In this document: positions 7,396 through 10,849 of the stretch, piece by piece
How the letters are laid out: every line of letters starts with the position of its first letter
Numbering within the stretch: the stretch's first letter is position 1
Source: Thecamonas trahens ATCC 50062
Taxonomy: Eukaryota > Protista > Apusomonadida
DNA length: 10,849 bases
Reading direction: 5' to 3'
NCBI RefSeq assembly: GCF_000142905.1
Contig: NW_013657623.1
Coordinates: 13,588-24,436, forward strand
Notes under the pieces: model-generated
Databases searched by the model: none
Seen by the model: the letters and a program-made list of their open reading frames with translations, nothing else
What the model was told of the DNA's origin: nothing
Program-made: the position numbers and the translations under genes

Positions 7396-8577
7396 ATGCT
7401 TGTGCACCGACTGCTGGCAAGGACAGGCGCAAGTGCGACCGGAGCAGTGCTGTGCGGTGCGGCGGGCGCGGTGCGGCGAGTGTCGCTGGCGACGCGCGAG
7501 GCGACCGGGGCGGCGGCGGGCAAGGCCGAGGGCGGTCGGGCGCGGCGGACGTCGCCGGCAGGTACAGCGTTTGCGGACCTGGACTTTAACCACTTGCCTG
7601 TGGGTGGGCCTGCGGAGCACGCGGCGGCGGCGGTGGCGGCGTCCGAAGCGTCGTTCACGGTGCGGTCGGCTGGCCTTGGCTCGCTACTTCAAGTCTCGGT
7701 GGCGGCTGGCGGGCATGTGCTTGCAGCGCCGGGCTCGGTGGTGGCCCACTCGCCCGAGGCCTCGGCTGCGCTGCGGATGACGACGACGGAGCAGGGGGTG
7801 GGTGCAGCTGTGTCGCGGGTGCTGGCTGGCGCGCCGCTGGTGGTCTCGGGCATTGCTGCCGCGCCCGACGCACCGGCGGACGCGCTTGTGGCGCCGGCCG
7901 CGCTCTCAGACATTGCGCTCTTGGAGCTCGATGGCTTTGCACGGTACTGCATGGCGCCTGGAGCGTTCCTGGCGTCGACCGAGGGCGTGCGGCTGGGCCC
8001 GTGGACCGGGCTTGCTCGCGCCGGACGTGTCCGTCTCGCCCACGCCTCGGGCCGTGGCCTGGTTGCTGTCGCTGGCCAGGGTGGGCTCGTTTCGCTGAAG
8101 CTCGCGCCGGGCGAGTCGTACGTGGTGCGTGCGTCGCGGCTGGTGGCTTGGGACGACCGCATTGCGCTGCGGCGCCAGGTCACGCCCGACGACGACGAGA
8201 CTGCGGCGGCGCTAGGCGGTGGCGACGACGACGCGCCGCCGTCGTGGCAGGCCAAGGCCATGGCCATGGTCCGCCGCACCATCTCAGGCGTCCGTGACAT
8301 CGGCTGGGTCCGTGTTCAGGGCGAGGGTGAGGTCGTGCTCTCGTCGCGCGCCGAGCCGCGCTTTGGGTGGGCCTTCTCACGCAGCCCGCAAGCCGCGGCC
8401 ATGCCTCTGCCGGCGAGCGAGAGCAGCACAGCGAGCAGCGCAGCTGCGCCGGTGGCGTCAGCCACAGCGAGTGGCGATGGTGCTGCCGAGGCTGCCGAGG
8501 AGAAGCCGAAGACCCGGTTCGGTGGGGTGCTCGGCAAGAAGGCGGATGCGGCTGCCGGCGGGCCGCCGTCCGAGTAA
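7396..8577 (+). CDS. AIM24: Altered inheritance of mitochondria protein 24 (AIM24/DUF124 family), mitochondrial
   Basis: The Arg-rich, acid-free N-terminus (MLVHRLLARTGASATGAVLCGAAGAVRRVSLATR) resembles a mitochondrial presequence. AIM24-type segments are SLLQVSVAAGGHVLAAPGSVVAHS, RVLAGAPLVV, ALVAPAALSDIALLELDG, AFLAST, SGRGLVAVAGQGGLVSLKLAPGESYVVRASRLVAWD and VRVQGEGEVVLSSR. Confidence 0.85.
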   Translation: MLVHRLLARTGASATGAVLCGAAGAVRRVSLATREATGAAAGKAEGGRARRTSPAGTAFADLDFNHLPVGGPAEHAAAAVAASEASFTVRSAGLGSLLQVSVAAGGHVLAAPGSVVAHSPEASAALRMTTTEQGVGAAVSRVLAGAPLVVSGIAAAPDAPADALVAPAALSDIALLELDGFARYCMAPGAFLASTEGVRLGPWTGLARAGRVRLAHASGRGLVAVAGQGGLVSLKLAPGESYVVRASRLVAWDDRIALRRQVTPDDDETAAALGGGDDDAPPSWQAKAMAMVRRTISGVRDIGWVRVQGEGEVVLSSRAEPRFGWAFSRSPQAAAMPLPASESSTASSAAAPVASATASGDGAAEAAEEKPKTRFGGVLGKKADAAAGGPPSE

Positions 8578-8713
8578 AGTGGCTACTTGCTGTGACGATG
8601 CTAGAGAGGGCTTACCTCACTCTGGCTGCCACTCACTTGTCGCACCCGTACCCTCACCAAAAGGCCACACTGGTCGACCACTGGCCGAGCGCACCGACAG
8701 GCGCTGGCATCGT

Positions 8714-9037
8714 TTACGCGTTCTCGCCGCCGTCCGCCGGCAGAGGCTGGTTGGCGAAGAGGGTCATACCAGCAGGAGGAATGTGTGTCACGCGCTCGCA
8801 GTGGAACCTGCGATCGGCCTCGGAGCAGTAGTCCCAGGCGGTCTCTGCGTAGGCGAGACCGTCGTCAAAGGTGTACGCGCCCGACAGGGCCTTGCCGTCG
8901 GCCCACTCGCCGACAAACGCACCGCCGCCAGCCAAGAACAGCGTGCCCTTGCCGTGGAACGCCCCGTTCACCACGCTCCCCACAAACCGATTGCCGTTGG
9001 CAAAGGTGTACTCGATCTCGCCGTCGTCCCTGCCCAT
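8714..9037 (-). CDS. MORN5: MORN repeat-containing protein 5-like (107 aa)
   Basis: MORN repeats (YTFANGNRFVGSVVNGAFHGKG; TLFLAGGGAFVGEWADGK) are followed by GAYTFDDGLAYAETAWDYCSEADRRFHCERVTHIPPAGM. This matches the MORN5-type GxYTFxDGLxY...WxYC...DRRFxxE....LxPAG block as I recall it. The start is taken at ATG 9037 because the ORF extension to 9352 is low-complexity G-rich sequence. An upstream exon is possible. Confidence 0.8.
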   Translation of the reverse strand: MGRDDGEIEYTFANGNRFVGSVVNGAFHGKGTLFLAGGGAFVGEWADGKALSGAYTFDDGLAYAETAWDYCSEADRRFHCERVTHIPPAGMTLFANQPLPADGGENA

Positions 9038-9394
9038 GCCCGCCGCCCCGCCGCGCCACCGCCGCCGCCGCCCACCGCCACCACCACCGCCAGTCCAGCG
9101 CCCACCGACCGTCACCCATGCATGAGTACCCCTCCCTCCCCTCCTCCTTCCCTCTCTCCCCCTCCCCGCGCCAACATACAGCTTCTCCATCCCCACGCCC
9201 GTCTCCGCTGCAGCTGTCTCTCTCTCCCTGCCAACGGCGACAAGTGCCGCCCGCTGCCCGCCGCCCGCCGCCCGCCTGCCGCTCACCGGCCACTCGGCCA
9301 CCACCCCGTGACCGGCCCGGCTCGCCCGAACAGCAAAACTTGTATTCTCCATCCATCATGCCCAGCCGTGGCTACGGTTGTGGCGCGGCAACTG

Positions 9395-10609
9395 CTACTC
9401 GATGGCGGCCATGGTCTCGGCGATGACAGAGGCGTCAAAGGCGGCAAAGCAGAGGCGGAACCAGCCGGGCTCGGCGGCGCGGAGCTCCGAGCCCGGAGTC
9501 AGGTTGAGACCGTGATTGTCGAGGAGCCGCTGCCAGAGGCGGGCCTCGCCCTCCCAGGTCGGCTCGTCGAGGAACTGGCGGAGATCGACGACAAAGAACA
9601 TGCCTGCCACGGCGGGGACGTACGGGATGCCACAGGCGTCGAGGGCATCGGTGACGACTTGGTAGGCATCGCGGAGGCGGGACTTGGACGTGGCGAGGTA
9701 CGAGTCAATCCACGGCATGTCGACCAGCAGGTGGTGGAGCGCCCACTGGGTGTGCCGCGAGACGGCGCCCCAGTAGCCGAGACCGTCGATGGCGGCGAGC
9801 AGGTTGCTGTTGTGCGAGAGAACGCCGCCGCAGCGGAGGCCGCCCACGCCAAAGTCCTTGGAGAAGCCCCAGAGGAGATGGACGTCATCGCCGAGCGTGT
9901 CCGGGCCGAGGGTGGCGGCGGCCGAGACAAACGAGGCGTTGTCGGCAAAGACCGAGAGGGCGTAGATCTCGTCAACGACAATGTGGATGCCTTTGGCGCG
10001 AGCCCAGGCAACGGCAGTGGTGAGCTCGTCGTGGCTGTACACCCGGCCGAGCGGGTTGTCCGGGTTGCACAGCAAGAGGGCGCGGATCGGCACGTCGGCG
10101 GCGTCCCAGGCGGCATCGAGCGCTTCGGGCGTCAGTGCCCACTCGTTGTCGGCCGAGCGCTGCGCAAGGACAATGGCGAGCTCGTCGCGGGTGCCCAGAT
10201 CCATGTAGAAGCCAGCGTAGGTCGGGGCGGGGACCAGGACGCCCTCGCCCGGATCGGCGATGGCGTACATCAGCATCTCCAGCGCCGTGCCGACGCCGGC
10301 GACGAGGGCGACCTGATGTGCGGTAAAGGCGTCGGCCGGGAGCACGCCCGCGTGGACAAGGAGTCCAAGGACAGCGGTGCGGAGCGCGTCCTCGCCCACC
10401 ATCGAGCCGTAGTGCAGGTTGTGCGGAGGCATGGGCGGGACGGCCGCCAGTCGCGCCGCCATCTCCTCGGAGCAGAGGTCCGACTCGGCGATGCAGGCCG
10501 GGACGTAGCCCTCGGTCCCCACCCGCGCCAAATGCTCGCGCACGTAGCCCATCAGCGCAGGCGAGTCCACCAGCTCCTGCCCGCGTGCCGACAGCTTGCC
10601 CTTGACCAT
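9395..10609 (-). CDS. ACC synthase-like PLP-dependent aminotransferase class I/II (404 aa)
   Basis: ACS-family motifs are IAESDLC (cf. plant LAENQL), IADPGEGVLVPAPTYAGF, LLLCNPDNPLGR, HIVVDEIYALSVF, WGFSKDFGVGGLRCG (PLP lysine codon at 9857-9859) and EPGWFRLCFA. Start ATG 10609, stop TAG 9395-9397. Confidence 0.9.
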   Translation of the reverse strand: MVKGKLSARGQELVDSPALMGYVREHLARVGTEGYVPACIAESDLCSEEMAARLAAVPPMPPHNLHYGSMVGEDALRTAVLGLLVHAGVLPADAFTAHQVALVAGVGTALEMLMYAIADPGEGVLVPAPTYAGFYMDLGTRDELAIVLAQRSADNEWALTPEALDAAWDAADVPIRALLLCNPDNPLGRVYSHDELTTAVAWARAKGIHIVVDEIYALSVFADNASFVSAAATLGPDTLGDDVHLLWGFSKDFGVGGLRCGGVLSHNSNLLAAIDGLGYWGAVSRHTQWALHHLLVDMPWIDSYLATSKSRLRDAYQVVTDALDACGIPYVPAVAGMFFVVDLRQFLDEPTWEGEARLWQRLLDNHGLNLTPGSELRAAEPGWFRLCFAAFDASVIAETMAAIE

Positions 10610-10684
10610 GGTTGTCTCCTTCTGCGTGGTGAGACAAGACTTGCTGCTGCTGCGTCCGTGTTGGAAGCACGACGATGACGACGA

Positions 10685-10849
10685 GCCACCCTCCACCACC
10701 CTCCACCATCAGCCACCCTCCACCATCCGCCACCCTCCACCATCCGCCACCATCAGCCACCCTCCACCACCCTCCACCATCAGCCACCCTCCACCATCAG
10801 CCACCCTCCACCATCCGCCATCCACCATCCACCATCCGCCACCATCAGC
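10685..10849 (+). repeat. Modular C-rich tandem repeat built from CCACCCT / CCACCAT / CAG / CCG units; runs off the window edge
   Basis: Shuffled modules such as gccaccctccaccatca, gccaccctccaccatcc and ccaccctcca are repeated continuously to position 10849. Confidence 0.92.

Noticed and set aside
1475-10609. Ethylene synthesis-and-sensing module (ACS-like enzyme plus hybrid kinase as ethylene receptor)
   Set aside because: The kinase lacks the N-terminal three-helix transmembrane ethylene-binding domain and the GAF domain of ETR1-type receptors. The two genes are separated by unrelated loci.
8219-10678. 819-aa + strand ORF antisense to the MORN5-like and ACS-like genes
   Set aside because: It has no recognisable motifs. 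It mirrors the codon register of the GC-rich ACS-like gene and passes through low-complexity intergenic DNA, which is typical of a shadow ORF.
63-10787. Numerous other overlapping short ORFs in the six-frame track
   Set aside because: They are Arg/Pro/Ser/Ala-rich alternative-frame or antisense translations expected at this GC content, and none shows domain motifs.

Overview
GC-rich, apparently intron-poor DNA from a flagellated microbial eukaryote. The evidence is a MORN5-type gene, AIM24 with a mitochondrial-presequence-like N-terminus, an F-box gene and low-complexity intergenic tracts. The style is compatible with an apusomonad such as Thecamonas, but that cannot be established from sequence alone. 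Six protein-coding loci in order: (1) a DUF1524/GmrSD-SspE-type His-Me finger nuclease ending in a Pro/Ser linker and a bipartite NLS-like motif, with its frame open off the left edge; (2) a ~1312-aa soluble hybrid histidine kinase (PAS-PAS-HisKA-HATPase-REC-pseudoREC-REC-helical tail) split by two apparent 1-nt deletions; (3) an F-box/ankyrin-repeat protein preceded by an 18-bp minisatellite; (4) AIM24, preceded by a sharp AT-rich island; (5) a short MORN5-like gene on the minus strand; (6) an ACC-synthase-like PLP aminotransferase on the minus strand, followed by a C-rich modular repeat running off the right edge. The most interesting candidate is a bacterial anti-phage-type nuclease domain that appears adapted for nuclear import in a eukaryote.
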